A DNA stretch of 64,000 bases. It comes from an uncultured Acidimicrobiaceae bacterium. Lineage in GTDB: Bacteria > Actinomycetota > Acidimicrobiia > Acidimicrobiales > RAAP-2. Position 1 is the stretch's first letter, and each line of letters begins with the position of its first letter. A program made the translations under genes and the position numbers. Shown in pieces: positions 38,623 to 47,273 of this stretch. The DNA is taken from NCBI GenBank assembly GCA_963781955.1, contig CAWAHU010000002.1:51582-115581 (forward strand). Direction: 5' to 3'. Under the pieces are notes generated by a model, which was not told the DNA's origin, did not search any database, and saw only the letters and a list, made by a program, of their open reading frames with translations.

Positions 38623-39249
38623 TCAGCCGGCAGACGGCTGCGGGACCACAGGGAGGTCGACCCTAGGCAGGCGGGTGCCGAGACTGGCGTCGGCCGCCCC
38701 CTCCTGCGCCAGAGCGGTGCGCCGGTCGGCGGCCAGCATCGACTCCTCCTTGGACAGGTCGCGCCGCACCTTGGCGTCCGCCGGGTCGCCCATCAGGGCC
38801 TGGACGTCCTCGATGACCCGCAGCGCGTCGGACGTGGTCCAGAGCAGGGTTGTGGCCACCATCTCACCCAGGTGCTTGCCGGCCGCCGTCCCCGGCACCT
38901 CCAGCCCGGACAGGTCGTAGACGCCCTGGTTCGTCAATGAGCACGCCGACTGGTCGTCGCTCAGGATGCCCGGGGTCGGGGCCCGGCGGGCCGAGGTCAA
39001 CCGGCCGGCGTCCTGGAGCGTCCAGATCCCCACCGCTTGGCGGACGGCGTAGCCACACGGCGAGAGGTCGCCGTTGACCTCGCGCATCAGGCTCTGCTCG
39101 GCTGCGACGTCACTGGCCCGCGAGGTGTGCACCGGGAGGTCGGTGAGGATCGTGACGGCCACGGTGGCCGCGATGGCTGCGGTGATGACGAGACCGCGGT
39201 GACGCTGCCAGAGCGGTGCCTTCGGTGCCGGCGGGGCGGAACCGGTCAC
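38623..39249 (-). CDS. Hypothetical membrane-anchored extracytoplasmic protein
   Basis: GTG at 39249 overlaps the Sco stop (GTGA). One TM helix (LVITAAIAATVAVTIL) and two Cys. No known motif. Confidence 0.45.
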   Translation of the reverse strand: MTGSAPPAPKAPLWQRHRGLVITAAIAATVAVTILTDLPVHTSRASDVAAEQSLMREVNGDLSPCGYAVRQAVGIWTLQDAGRLTSARRAPTPGILSDDQSACSLTNQGVYDLSGLEVPGTAAGKHLGEMVATTLLWTTSDALRVIEDVQALMGDPADAKVRRDLSKEESMLAADRRTALAQEGAADASLGTRLPRVDLPVVPQPSAG

Positions 39250-40118
39250 CGGCCGACCATCCCCTCGGCCGTGCGGGCGATGCCATGGCCCCACCGGGCG
39301 ATCAGTGCCGCCGGCAGGCTGTAGGTCCCCGCCTTGTTCTCGTCGGCGAAGGGGGTGGCGCGCGCCCGCAGCTCACCGCGGGCGTCGATGAAGGCCATGA
39401 CGTCGTTGTGCGCCACGCGTCCCGTCCCGGTGGCCACCGAGATGGACACCCCGTAGTCCTTCCACACCGCATCGAGGGTGGGCAGCGGCCCGGTGACCAT
39501 GCGCCAGTTGGGGAGCGCGCCGAGGCCCGTTCCGAGCACCGGGGCTGCGGCCGAAGACGCCAGGGCGGCCGGGTCGGTGTTCACCGTGACGAACTCCACC
39601 TGGGCGGCGCGTACGCCCAGTTCGGCGTCGGCCTGCTCGATCTCGGCCGCCAGCACGGGGCAGATGTCGTTGCAAGGTGCGTCGAAGAAGGTGAGCACCA
39701 CCACCCGGGGCGGTGCCGGCACGGTCGTGGCGCGGCCGGAGAGATCGTAAAGCGTGAACGCCGGTGCGGCGTGGGCGGGACCGGTGGTGATGCCCATGAA
39801 CGCAGCGAGCGGCGCGTGGAGCGACCGCGTCGCAGCCGGTGGACCCGTCGCGGTGGATCCCGGCACCGCGGGAACCGTGGTCGTCGTGGTGGTGGAGGTC
39901 GACGTCGAGTCGAGGCCGGCCGCGGAGAACAGCCGCTCCGCGGCCAGGCCGCCCAGGGCCAGGACGAGGACGGCGCCGAGCAGCCAGAAGACGAAGTTGC
40001 CCGGGATCCCCGGCGCGCCCTGCGCCAAGGCGGCGTTCCGGTCCAACGGCGGGACCGACGGGGCGCTCGGCACCCCGGACGTCTCGGGAGCCTCCGGTGG
40101 CGGCGCGGGCCCGCTCAC
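39246..40118 (-). CDS. SCO1/SenC-family copper chaperone
   Basis: TM anchor, a Thr-rich linker, then FFDAPCNDICP (CxxxC) and VAHNDVMAFID (His ligand). GTG at 40118 overlaps the TlpA stop. The track start at 40430 is inside the upstream gene. Confidence 0.8.
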   Translation of the reverse strand: MSGPAPPPEAPETSGVPSAPSVPPLDRNAALAQGAPGIPGNFVFWLLGAVLVLALGGLAAERLFSAAGLDSTSTSTTTTTTVPAVPGSTATGPPAATRSLHAPLAAFMGITTGPAHAAPAFTLYDLSGRATTVPAPPRVVVLTFFDAPCNDICPVLAAEIEQADAELGVRAAQVEFVTVNTDPAALASSAAAPVLGTGLGALPNWRMVTGPLPTLDAVWKDYGVSISVATGTGRVAHNDVMAFIDARGELRARATPFADENKAGTYSLPAALIARWGHGIARTAEGMVGR

Positions 40119-40717
40119 CGACCCGCCTCGAGGTGGTGCACCCAGTGCTGGAGCGAGGCGGCCGTCTGCGGACCGAGGGCCGCCCCCACCACCCGGCCGT
40201 GCGCGTCGACGAAGTAGCTGACCGGGAGGGCGTTGACCAGGTACCGGGTCGCCACCGCGGCGTTCGCGTCGACGGCCACCGGGTAGTGCGCGTGCGCGGC
40301 GGCCAGCAGCTGCTGTGCCGCCGGCTCGGACGACTCGTTGGAGTCCACCCCGAGCACGGCCACCCGACCCCCCGCGGCGCGGGCGGTCGTGGCCACAGCC
40401 GCCAGCTCCTGACGGCATTCGCGACACCACGAGGCGAAGAAATTAATGATCACGGGGGTCCCCCGGTGGGCCGCCAACGTGACCGGCGCCCCGCCGCCGA
40501 GTGCCGGCAACGAGAACGACGGGGCCGCCGTCCCCGGCTTCAAAGTGGCGGGAGGCGGGGACTCGAGCGCCGCCGTGCCACCCGACGTGGGTGCAGACGG
40601 ACCCCGGACCACGACGAACACCACGAACCCCACCAGGCCGGCGCCGGCCACCAGGGCGATCCACTTGAAGACCCGGTCCGTGCGACCGGGCCGGCGCCCG
40701 GAGGCTCCGGCCGTCAC
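40115..40717 (-). CDS. TlpA/ResA-like thiol:disulfide oxidoreductase
   Basis: TM anchor plus a thioredoxin fold with NFFASWCRECR (CxxC). Confidence 0.85.
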   Translation of the reverse strand: MTAGASGRRPGRTDRVFKWIALVAGAGLVGFVVFVVVRGPSAPTSGGTAALESPPPATLKPGTAAPSFSLPALGGGAPVTLAAHRGTPVIINFFASWCRECRQELAAVATTARAAGGRVAVLGVDSNESSEPAAQQLLAAAHAHYPVAVDANAAVATRYLVNALPVSYFVDAHGRVVGAALGPQTAASLQHWVHHLEAGR

Positions 40718-40809
40718 GGCCGTCCTTCCCGCACGGATGTCGGCCGTCCCCCCGCATTCATCCTGGTCAGGCTAGCCAGCCTGCCGTCCGATTGGCCGTC
40801 GCTCTGGCC

Positions 40810-41082
40810 TCACCACTCGGCCTGGCGCCGGGCCGGCTCGACCGTCTCGCGCTCGCGCAGGCGGGCCGCCCGGACGTCGGGGTCCTCGTGGACCAGGTGC
40901 CACCAGGCGGCGACCGCGATCCCCGCGAGGATCGGCCACTCGAACGTGTAGAACCAGCTGAGCCCGTTGCCGTGGAGCGCCCGCTCGGCCTGCCACCACG
41001 TGGCGGCCGCGCAGGCGGCCACGATGACGAAGAACCCCACGTGGAGGAGGAGGGCACGGGGGGAGAGCCAGCGGCGGCGCAC
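40810..41082 (-). CDS. Small two-TM protein with SURF1-like terminal motifs
   Basis: GTG at 41082 gives VRRRWLSPRALLLHVGFFVIVAACAAATWWQAERAL...LSWFYTFEWPILAGIAVAAWW. The start is uncertain (track start 41136). Confidence 0.4.
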   Translation of the reverse strand: MRRRWLSPRALLLHVGFFVIVAACAAATWWQAERALHGNGLSWFYTFEWPILAGIAVAAWWHLVHEDPDVRAARLRERETVEPARRQAEW

Positions 41083-41095
41083 CGAGCGGACGAGC

Positions 41096-41299
41096 CTATC
41101 CCCGCGCCGGCCTCTTGGCCGGCAGCGATCCGGCATGGGAGGCCCCGCGCTCGACCCACGGCCGCAGCTGGCGTGCGGCGACGGCCAGGCTCCCCCCGAC
41201 GAGGAAGGCGATGCCCCCGAACATCTTCTTCTCGGCCAGTCCCCGCTGCGCGGCCACGAGCTCCCGGATCCGGTGCGCCAGATCCTCGTCGTAGGCCAC
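41096..41299 (-). pseudogene. Truncated TfoX N-terminal-domain gene fragment
   Basis: MAYDEDLAHRIRELVAAQRGLAEKKMFGGIAFLVGGSLAVAA matches the first ~45 residues of TfoX-N proteins. Similarity then ends, and no other frame continues it. Confidence 0.45.
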
Positions 41300-41323
41300 G
41301 GGCCCAGCGTAGGCCCGCGGTCC

Positions 41324-41782
41324 TTACCCGAGCTCGGCCAGCAGCTCGCGGCAACGCCGGGCGTCGTGCTCGAGCTTGGCCCGGAATGCGTCCATGCGGG
41401 ACAGCTTCGCCCGGATCTGTTCGGCCAGCGACTCGTTGAGCACCAACGCCTCCTGGAGGGTTGCCCGCTGCTCCGCCCGGGCCGGCGCGCTGGTCGCGCC
41501 CTTGGCGGCGCGGTACGAGGCGCGCAACTCGTCGAGGCGCGTCTCGAGGGCCAGGAACTCGCGGATCTCGTCGAGGTTCATCCCGAGCACCTCGCGGAGC
41601 TCGAGGATGCGGGCCAGGTGGTCCAGGTCCTCCTCGGTGTAGCGCCGCTCGCCGCCGGCCGTGTAGAGCGAGGGGGTGAGCAGCCCCAGCTCCTCGTAGT
41701 AGCGGAGGGTGCGGGGCGACACCCCGGCCCGGGTGGCGGCGTCGCTGATGCGGATCCCGATATCGGTCGTCGACGTGCCCAC
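41324..41782 (-). CDS. MerR-family transcriptional regulator
   Basis: HTH IRISDAATRAGVSPRTLRYYEELGLL followed by a coiled-coil dimerisation helix. Lies immediately downstream of the MFS gene. Confidence 0.9.
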   Translation of the reverse strand: MGTSTTDIGIRISDAATRAGVSPRTLRYYEELGLLTPSLYTAGGERRYTEEDLDHLARILELREVLGMNLDEIREFLALETRLDELRASYRAAKGATSAPARAEQRATLQEALVLNESLAEQIRAKLSRMDAFRAKLEHDARRCRELLAELG

Positions 41783-41783
41783 G

Positions 41784-43601
41784 TCAGTCCGCCAACAGGG
41801 GCTCGGTCTCGGCCACCGCCTCCTGGGCCGACACCCAGTCGTCGGGCGGCGTGCCGTGGCACCCCTGGTGCACCGCCGGCTGGCCGTCGTCGTGGTGGTA
41901 CTTGCCGCCGCGCATGAGGGAGGCGACCGCGCCGAGCAGGCAGGCGCCGGCGGCGAACCAGAACGCCTCGGTGAGGCCGCGCGAGAAGGCGGGCGAGATC
42001 AGGTGCGGGAAGTACTCGCGGCTGGTCAGGTAGGCCGCCGTGCCGTGCGACAGGTGCGAGAGCTCGGCGCTGCCGAGCAGCACCTGCATCGGGTTGTACC
42101 CGAGGAACGATGCGAACAGGCTTCCGACCGGGGGAAGGTGCGAGATCCGCGTGGCCACAGCGGGGCTCACGCCCTGCTCGATGAGGCCGTGGTACAGCGC
42201 CCCGGGCAGCGTGGAGGCCAGGCCGAGGATCATCAGGGTGAAGAAGATGCCGATGGACAGCACCTGGGCCGAGGAGTTGAAGGTGCCCGCCATCCCGGCG
42301 CCGGCGCCGCGCTGGTCCGCCGGCAGGCTGTTCATGATGCCGGTCTGGTTCGGCGCCACGAACATTCCCATCCCGACCGAGTTCAAGAAGATCAGGAAGC
42401 CGAACGCGCCGTAGGAGAAGTTGACGGGGAGCAGGCTGAGCAGGACGAAACTGAGGGCGGCCAGCACCAGCCCGCCCGTGGCGAAGGGCCGGGCTCCGTA
42501 CCGGTCGGCCAGCACGCCGCTGAGCGGCGCGGCCAGCAACAGCCCGACGGTCAGCGGGATCATGTAGATCCCGGCCCACAGCGGGGTCTGGGAGAAGCTG
42601 TAACCGTGCAGCGGGAGCCAGATCCCCTGCAGCCAGACGATGAGCATGAACATGAGGCCCCCCCGGCTCAACGAAGCCAGGAAGCTGGCCACGTTGCCAG
42701 CGGAGAAGGCCCGGATGCGGAAGAGCGAGATCCGGAACATCGGCTGCGCCACCCTGGTCTCGATGAACCCGAAGAGGACGAGGACCGCCGCACCGCCGAC
42801 GATGGCGGCGAGCACCTCGGGGTTGGTCCAGCCCATCGACATCCCGTGGTACGGCAGCACGCCGTAGGTGATGCCCACGAGTACGAGCACGAGCCCCACG
42901 GCGAAGGTGACGTTGCCCAGCCAGTCGATCCGCGCCGGCGTGCGCACGCCGTGGTCCCGCAGGCGCACGGAGGCCACCGCGGTGCCGAGGACGCCGAAGG
43001 GGACGGACACCAGGAACACCAGGTGCCACTCGACTGGCGCGAGCAGACCCCCGATCACCAAGCCGATGAAGGATCCGGCGATGGCGGCGGTGTTGTTGAT
43101 GCCGAGCCCGAGCCCGCGCTGGTGGGAGGGGAAGGCGTCGGTGATGATGGCCGAGGAATTGGCGAAGAGCATGGCGCCGCCGACGCCCTGGCCGATACGC
43201 ATGACGATGAGCCAGACGGCGCCTGTCGTGCCGGTCAGCCACGTGGCGGCCAACAGGACGGAGAAGGCAGTGAACACGGCGAAGCCGAGGTTGAAGATCC
43301 GGACGCGCCCGTAGATGTCGCCGACGCGACCCAAGGTGACCACCAGCACCGCCAGGACCACGCCGAAGCCCATCAGCATCCACAGCATGTAGCCGGTGTT
43401 CCCCGGGGTGAGCGGGTCGAGGCCGATGCCCCGGAAGATGTCGGGCAGCGCGATCAGCACGATCGACTGGTTGATGAAGACCATGAGGGTGCCGAGCGTG
43501 ACCGTGCCCAGGGCCACCCAGCGGTAGGACGACGGCCCGTGCACGTCGTCCGCCGTCGGGGCGCGGCCGGGGCCTCGCCGGACCAGGGTGGAGACCTGCA
43601 C
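41784..43601 (-). CDS. MFS transporter, DHA2 (EmrB/QacA-like, 14-TMS) family
   Basis: 605 aa. LGTLMVFINQSIVLIALPDI, GRVGDIYGR and about 14 hydrophobic helices. GTG start. Confidence 0.9.
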   Translation of the reverse strand: MQVSTLVRRGPGRAPTADDVHGPSSYRWVALGTVTLGTLMVFINQSIVLIALPDIFRGIGLDPLTPGNTGYMLWMLMGFGVVLAVLVVTLGRVGDIYGRVRIFNLGFAVFTAFSVLLAATWLTGTTGAVWLIVMRIGQGVGGAMLFANSSAIITDAFPSHQRGLGLGINNTAAIAGSFIGLVIGGLLAPVEWHLVFLVSVPFGVLGTAVASVRLRDHGVRTPARIDWLGNVTFAVGLVLVLVGITYGVLPYHGMSMGWTNPEVLAAIVGGAAVLVLFGFIETRVAQPMFRISLFRIRAFSAGNVASFLASLSRGGLMFMLIVWLQGIWLPLHGYSFSQTPLWAGIYMIPLTVGLLLAAPLSGVLADRYGARPFATGGLVLAALSFVLLSLLPVNFSYGAFGFLIFLNSVGMGMFVAPNQTGIMNSLPADQRGAGAGMAGTFNSSAQVLSIGIFFTLMILGLASTLPGALYHGLIEQGVSPAVATRISHLPPVGSLFASFLGYNPMQVLLGSAELSHLSHGTAAYLTSREYFPHLISPAFSRGLTEAFWFAAGACLLGAVASLMRGGKYHHDDGQPAVHQGCHGTPPDDWVSAQEAVAETEPLLAD

Positions 43602-43611
43602 AGGACGAAGT

Positions 43612-43621
43612 TTAACGTTAA
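43612..43621. promoter_or_regulatory. AT-rich perfect palindrome TTAACGTTAA in the 30-nt divergent MFS/monooxygenase intergenic region
   Basis: Only 43602-43631 separates the two predicted divergent start codons. The palindrome is the sole AT-rich element there. Confidence 0.35.
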
Positions 43622-43631
43622 CGTCAGAGTC

Positions 43632-45135
43632 ATGGCACGGGCGGGCACAGGGGCCTCAGGGGCGGGGGCGGAGGCGGAGCTGCTCGACGTCCTGGTCGTC
43701 GGGGCGGGGCTGTCGGGGGTGGCCGCCGGGCACGCCCTGCGGGCCCAGTGCCCCTGGGCCACCTTCGCCATCCTCGAGGCGCGCGACACCATCGGAGGCA
43801 CTTGGGACCTCTTCCGCTACCCCGGCGTGCGCTCCGACTCGGACATGCACACGCTCGGGTACGCCTTCCGACCGTGGGAGGGAGAGAGGTCCATCGCCGA
43901 CGGCCCGTCGATCCTGCGTTACATCCGCGACACGGCGGCGGCCGAGGGGCTCGACGCCCGGATCCGTCTCGGCCACCGAGTGGTGGCAGCCGACTGGTCG
44001 ACGGCCGACGGGCGCTGGCGCGTCCGCGTGGAGCGGTCGGACACCGGCGAGACGGTCGAGATCGGCGCGCGCTTCGTGTTCTCGTGCACCGGGTACTACC
44101 GCTACGACCACGGGTACCGGCCCGAGTTCCCCGGCATCGACGAGTTCGCCGGCACCGTCGTCCACCCCCAGGCGTGGCCCGAGGATCTCGACGTGGCGGG
44201 GCGGCGAGTCGCCGTCATCGGCAGCGGAGCCACGGCGGTGACCCTGGTGCCGGCGCTGGCGGACCGCGGGGCGCAGGTCACCATGGTCCAGCGCTCACCG
44301 AGCTACATCGGCTCGATCCCCGAGACGAACGGTGCCGTGGTGCTGCTGCGCCGACTGTTGCCGCCCCAGGCGGCGGGCACCGCGGCGCGTTGGCTCTGCG
44401 CGCTCGAGAGCCAGGCCTTCTATCGCTTCTGCCAGCTGGCCCCGGGCCTGGCCCGCCGGCTGGTCGTCAAGGCCGCCACGCCGCGAGCTGCCGGCGGGCT
44501 ACGACGTGGCCACGCACTTCAGCCCCCGCTACGACCCCTGGGACCAGCGCTTCTGCGCCGCGCCAGGCGGGGACTTCTTCGCCGCCATCCGGTCCGGCGC
44601 TGCCGACGTCCGCACCGCTCGAATCGAGCGGTTCGCCCGGCACGGACTGCTGCTCGAGTCGGGGGAGGAGCTCCGGGCCGACGTCGTCGTCACCGCCACC
44701 GGACTGGAGATGCTGTTCCTGGGGGGCATGGCGCTCGGCGTGGACGGCCGCCCCGTCGACCCGGCCTCCCGCCTCGTCTACCGGGGGATGATGCTCGAGG
44801 ACGTGCCGAACCTGGCCTTCGCCATCGGGTACACGAACGCCTCGTGGACGCTCAAGTGCGACCTCACTTGTGACTACGTGTGCCGGCTGCTGGCGCACCT
44901 GCGGGCCACCGGCACCACGACGTGCACGCCGCACAACGCGGTGGGTGCCACGGCGGACGGGGCGCTGCTCGGCCTCACGTCCGGCTACATCACGCGGGCG
45001 GCGGACCGGCTGCCCAAGCAGGGAAACCGGACCCCGTGGCGGGTCCACCAGAGCTACCTGCGCGACTACGGGGCGACGAAATTCGGCCGCGTCGAGGATC
45101 GCTGCATGGAATTCAGCGGCTCGTCACCCCGCTGA
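43632..45135 (+). CDS. FAD-dependent Baeyer-Villiger/flavin monooxygenase (EthA-like) with an apparent frameshift
   Basis: FAD GxGxxG VLVVGAGLSGVAAG, FxGxxxHxxxW-like DEFAGTVVHPQAW and NADPH site VIGSGATAV. The C-terminal half (RELPAGYDVATHFSPRYDPWDQR...) is in ORF 44332..45135. The frames join around 44470-44485. Confidence 0.8.
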
Positions 45136-45141
45136 CCCCGC

Positions 45142-45769
45142 TCACCCCGCTGACCGCGCTGGGCCCGACCCGTCCGGCGCCGCACCGAACCCGTGCAGCA
45201 CCGCACCGACTCCGAGGCGCCAGCGCCGCTCGACGGACTCGGTCGAGGTGCCGAGGCGCCCAGCCGCCTCGGCGAACGCCATGCCCTGGACGAGGGCGAC
45301 GAAGACGTGGGCCACGTCGGTCTCGTCCCCGTGCAGGCGCCGCGCCCCGATGCAGCGTCGGATCCGCCCCACGACCAGCGTGCGCACCGAGGCCGTGGCC
45401 GCCAGCTCCTCGGGTCCCGGGGAGAAGTCGCGGAAGGGCCGGGAGAACATGACCTCGGCCAGGGTGCGGTTGTCGCGCACGAAGCGGCGGTACTCCCCGG
45501 CGAGGGCCCACAGGTCCGCCACCGGATCGGGACCCTCCCCGTGTGCCGCGAGCACGGCACCGAGCCGGCGGAACCCCTCGAAGTACAGCGCCCGCACCAC
45601 GCCGGCCTTGTCCCCGAACAGCTCGTAGAGCGCCGGGGCCGACGTGCCGGCCCGCGCCGCCAGCGCCCGGGCGGTCAGCCCGGCCGCGCCCTCCTCGGAC
45701 AGGAGGTCCACGGCCGCGGCTGAGCATCCGGTCGCGCAACTCGGGCGTGCGCGTCTTCACCCGCGGCAC
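45142..45769 (-). CDS. TetR-family transcriptional regulator with an apparent frameshift in the HTH region
   Basis: ORF 45142..45711 starts mid-HTH (VDLLSEEGAAGLTARALAARAGTSAPALYELF). The upstream VPRVKTRTPELRDRMLS lies in another frame. The join is around 45712-45725. Start is GTG 45769 or 45760. Confidence 0.8.
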
Positions 45770-45820
45770 CAGGCCCGCCTTTCGTACGGCACCGCACGTT
45801 GACACGGCTGCCCATCTGGT

Positions 45821-45839
45821 GAAACAGTGTTTCGAAACA
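45821..45839. promoter_or_regulatory. Overlapping palindromes GAAACAgTGTTTC / TGTTTCGAAACA, candidate TetR operator
   Basis: Located in the ~110-nt divergent region between the TetR gene and the crotonase gene. There are three alternating GAAACA/TGTTTC half-sites. Confidence 0.45.
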
Positions 45840-45878
45840 TTGATCCAACAATAGGCCCCAGGCCGGGCCGGAGGGACC

Positions 45879-46652
45879 ATGGGGACCATGACCGACCCTG
45901 TGACGTTCGAGCACGAGGGCGAGGTGTCGACCGTCACCATGGACGACGGCAAGGTGAACGTCTTCTCCCCGACGATGCTCCGGGCACTCCACGCCGCCTT
46001 CGACGAAGCCGAGCGGGCGGGCGACGCCGTGCTGCTGACGGGTCGGCCCGGGTGCTTCTCGGCCGGCTTCGACCTGCACGTCCTGCGCGAGCAGCCCGAC
46101 GAGGTGGTCCCGCTGCTCCGGCAGGGGGCCACGCTGGCCCAGCGCATCCTCTCCTTCCCGGCGCCCGTCGTCGTCGCCTGCACCGGGCACGCCTATCCGG
46201 CCGGCGCCTTCCTGCTCATGGCCGCCGACGTCCGGGTGGGTGCCGACGGGCCGTTCCGTCTGGGCCTCAACGAGGTGCGGATCGGGATGGCCCTCCCGGA
46301 ATTCGCCGTGGTGCTGGCCCGGCACCGGCTCACGCCGGCGGCGTTCGACCGCACGGCGGTCACGGGCACCATGTTCGGCCCCCGGGACGCCCAGGTCGCG
46401 GGCCTGCTCGACGACGTCGTCGCACCTGGCGAGCTGCCCGACGCTGCCCGGGCCGCGGCCGAGGACCTGGCCACCCTGGACCGCCGGGCTCACCGCATCA
46501 CGAAGCGGCGCGTGCGGGCCCCCGTCCTCGCCGAGCTGGCGGCCGCCATCGAAGCGGAGCTCACCCTGCCCGGTGCGCCAGCGTCCGCGCCGGGAGAATG
46601 CGCAACGGGCGTGCCGCCCGGGGCACCCGCTCCGTCCCTCCCCATGCCATGA
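45879..46652 (+). CDS. Enoyl-CoA hydratase/isomerase (crotonase) family protein
   Basis: VSTVTMDDGKVNVFSPTML ... LTGRPGCFSAGFDL (oxyanion-hole segment), 257 aa. Confidence 0.85.
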   Translation: MGTMTDPVTFEHEGEVSTVTMDDGKVNVFSPTMLRALHAAFDEAERAGDAVLLTGRPGCFSAGFDLHVLREQPDEVVPLLRQGATLAQRILSFPAPVVVACTGHAYPAGAFLLMAADVRVGADGPFRLGLNEVRIGMALPEFAVVLARHRLTPAAFDRTAVTGTMFGPRDAQVAGLLDDVVAPGELPDAARAAAEDLATLDRRAHRITKRRVRAPVLAELAAAIEAELTLPGAPASAPGECATGVPPGAPAPSLPMP

Positions 46653-46659
46653 TCGCGAG

Positions 46660-47187
46660 GTGGAACAACCGTCGCTGTTCGAGGCGATCGTCCGCTTCCC
46701 GGGGGCATTGATCCGGCTGCCCAGCACGGCCAAGGACACCCTCGACGCCATCAACGCCCTGGCGGAACGGGTCGACCGCCTGGTCTCGCTCCTGGAGCAG
46801 TTCGAGCCCGGCATGAACCTGGCCGGCGCCGGCATGGACGTGGCCACTTCGGGGATCAGCCAGGCCATCGTGGGGCTGCAGCAGGCCGTCGGCACGCTCG
46901 ACGGCGTGATCCCGGGCATGTCCGCCTCCACCGCCGCACTGCGCGGGCTGACCGACCGCATGGGTTGGAAGGGCGTCGAGACGATCGAAGTGGTGGCCCG
47001 GAGCGACGAGGAGCCCGGGTACGACGACGACTTCGGGCGAGACCCCGAGGACCCCGCGCTCGACGAGCTCTCCGCGGTGGTGAACGACCTGATCCGTCTG
47101 TTCGCCTCGAGCGTCGGCACCATCCCCGGCGTCCGACAGGTCTTCCGTGTCTCGACGACCGCGCCCTCGTACCGCGACGAGCACTGA
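46660..47187 (+). CDS. Hypothetical protein
   Basis: GTG lies 8 nt after the crotonase stop. Acidic C-terminal part and coding-like composition, but no recognised family. The track ORF from 46240 overlaps the crotonase gene. Confidence 0.35.
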   Translation: MEQPSLFEAIVRFPGALIRLPSTAKDTLDAINALAERVDRLVSLLEQFEPGMNLAGAGMDVATSGISQAIVGLQQAVGTLDGVIPGMSASTAALRGLTDRMGWKGVETIEVVARSDEEPGYDDDFGRDPEDPALDELSAVVNDLIRLFASSVGTIPGVRQVFRVSTTAPSYRDEH

Positions 47188-47273
47188 GGGCCTGGCGCAC
47201 CACCACCGCAGCACCGACCACGAACACGGAGGGTCACCATGGGATCCGGGGGCAGGACAGCGCGCTCGACGTC

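Noticed and set aside
41709-43631. N-terminal 640 codons of the 1054-aa plus-strand ORF
   Set aside because: Antisense to the MFS transporter. Monooxygenase similarity starts only at ATG 43632.
45675-47240. 521-aa minus-strand ORF (and the similar 45113..46183 ORF)
   Set aside because: Antisense or out of frame relative to the TetR, crotonase and downstream genes. Low-complexity composition.
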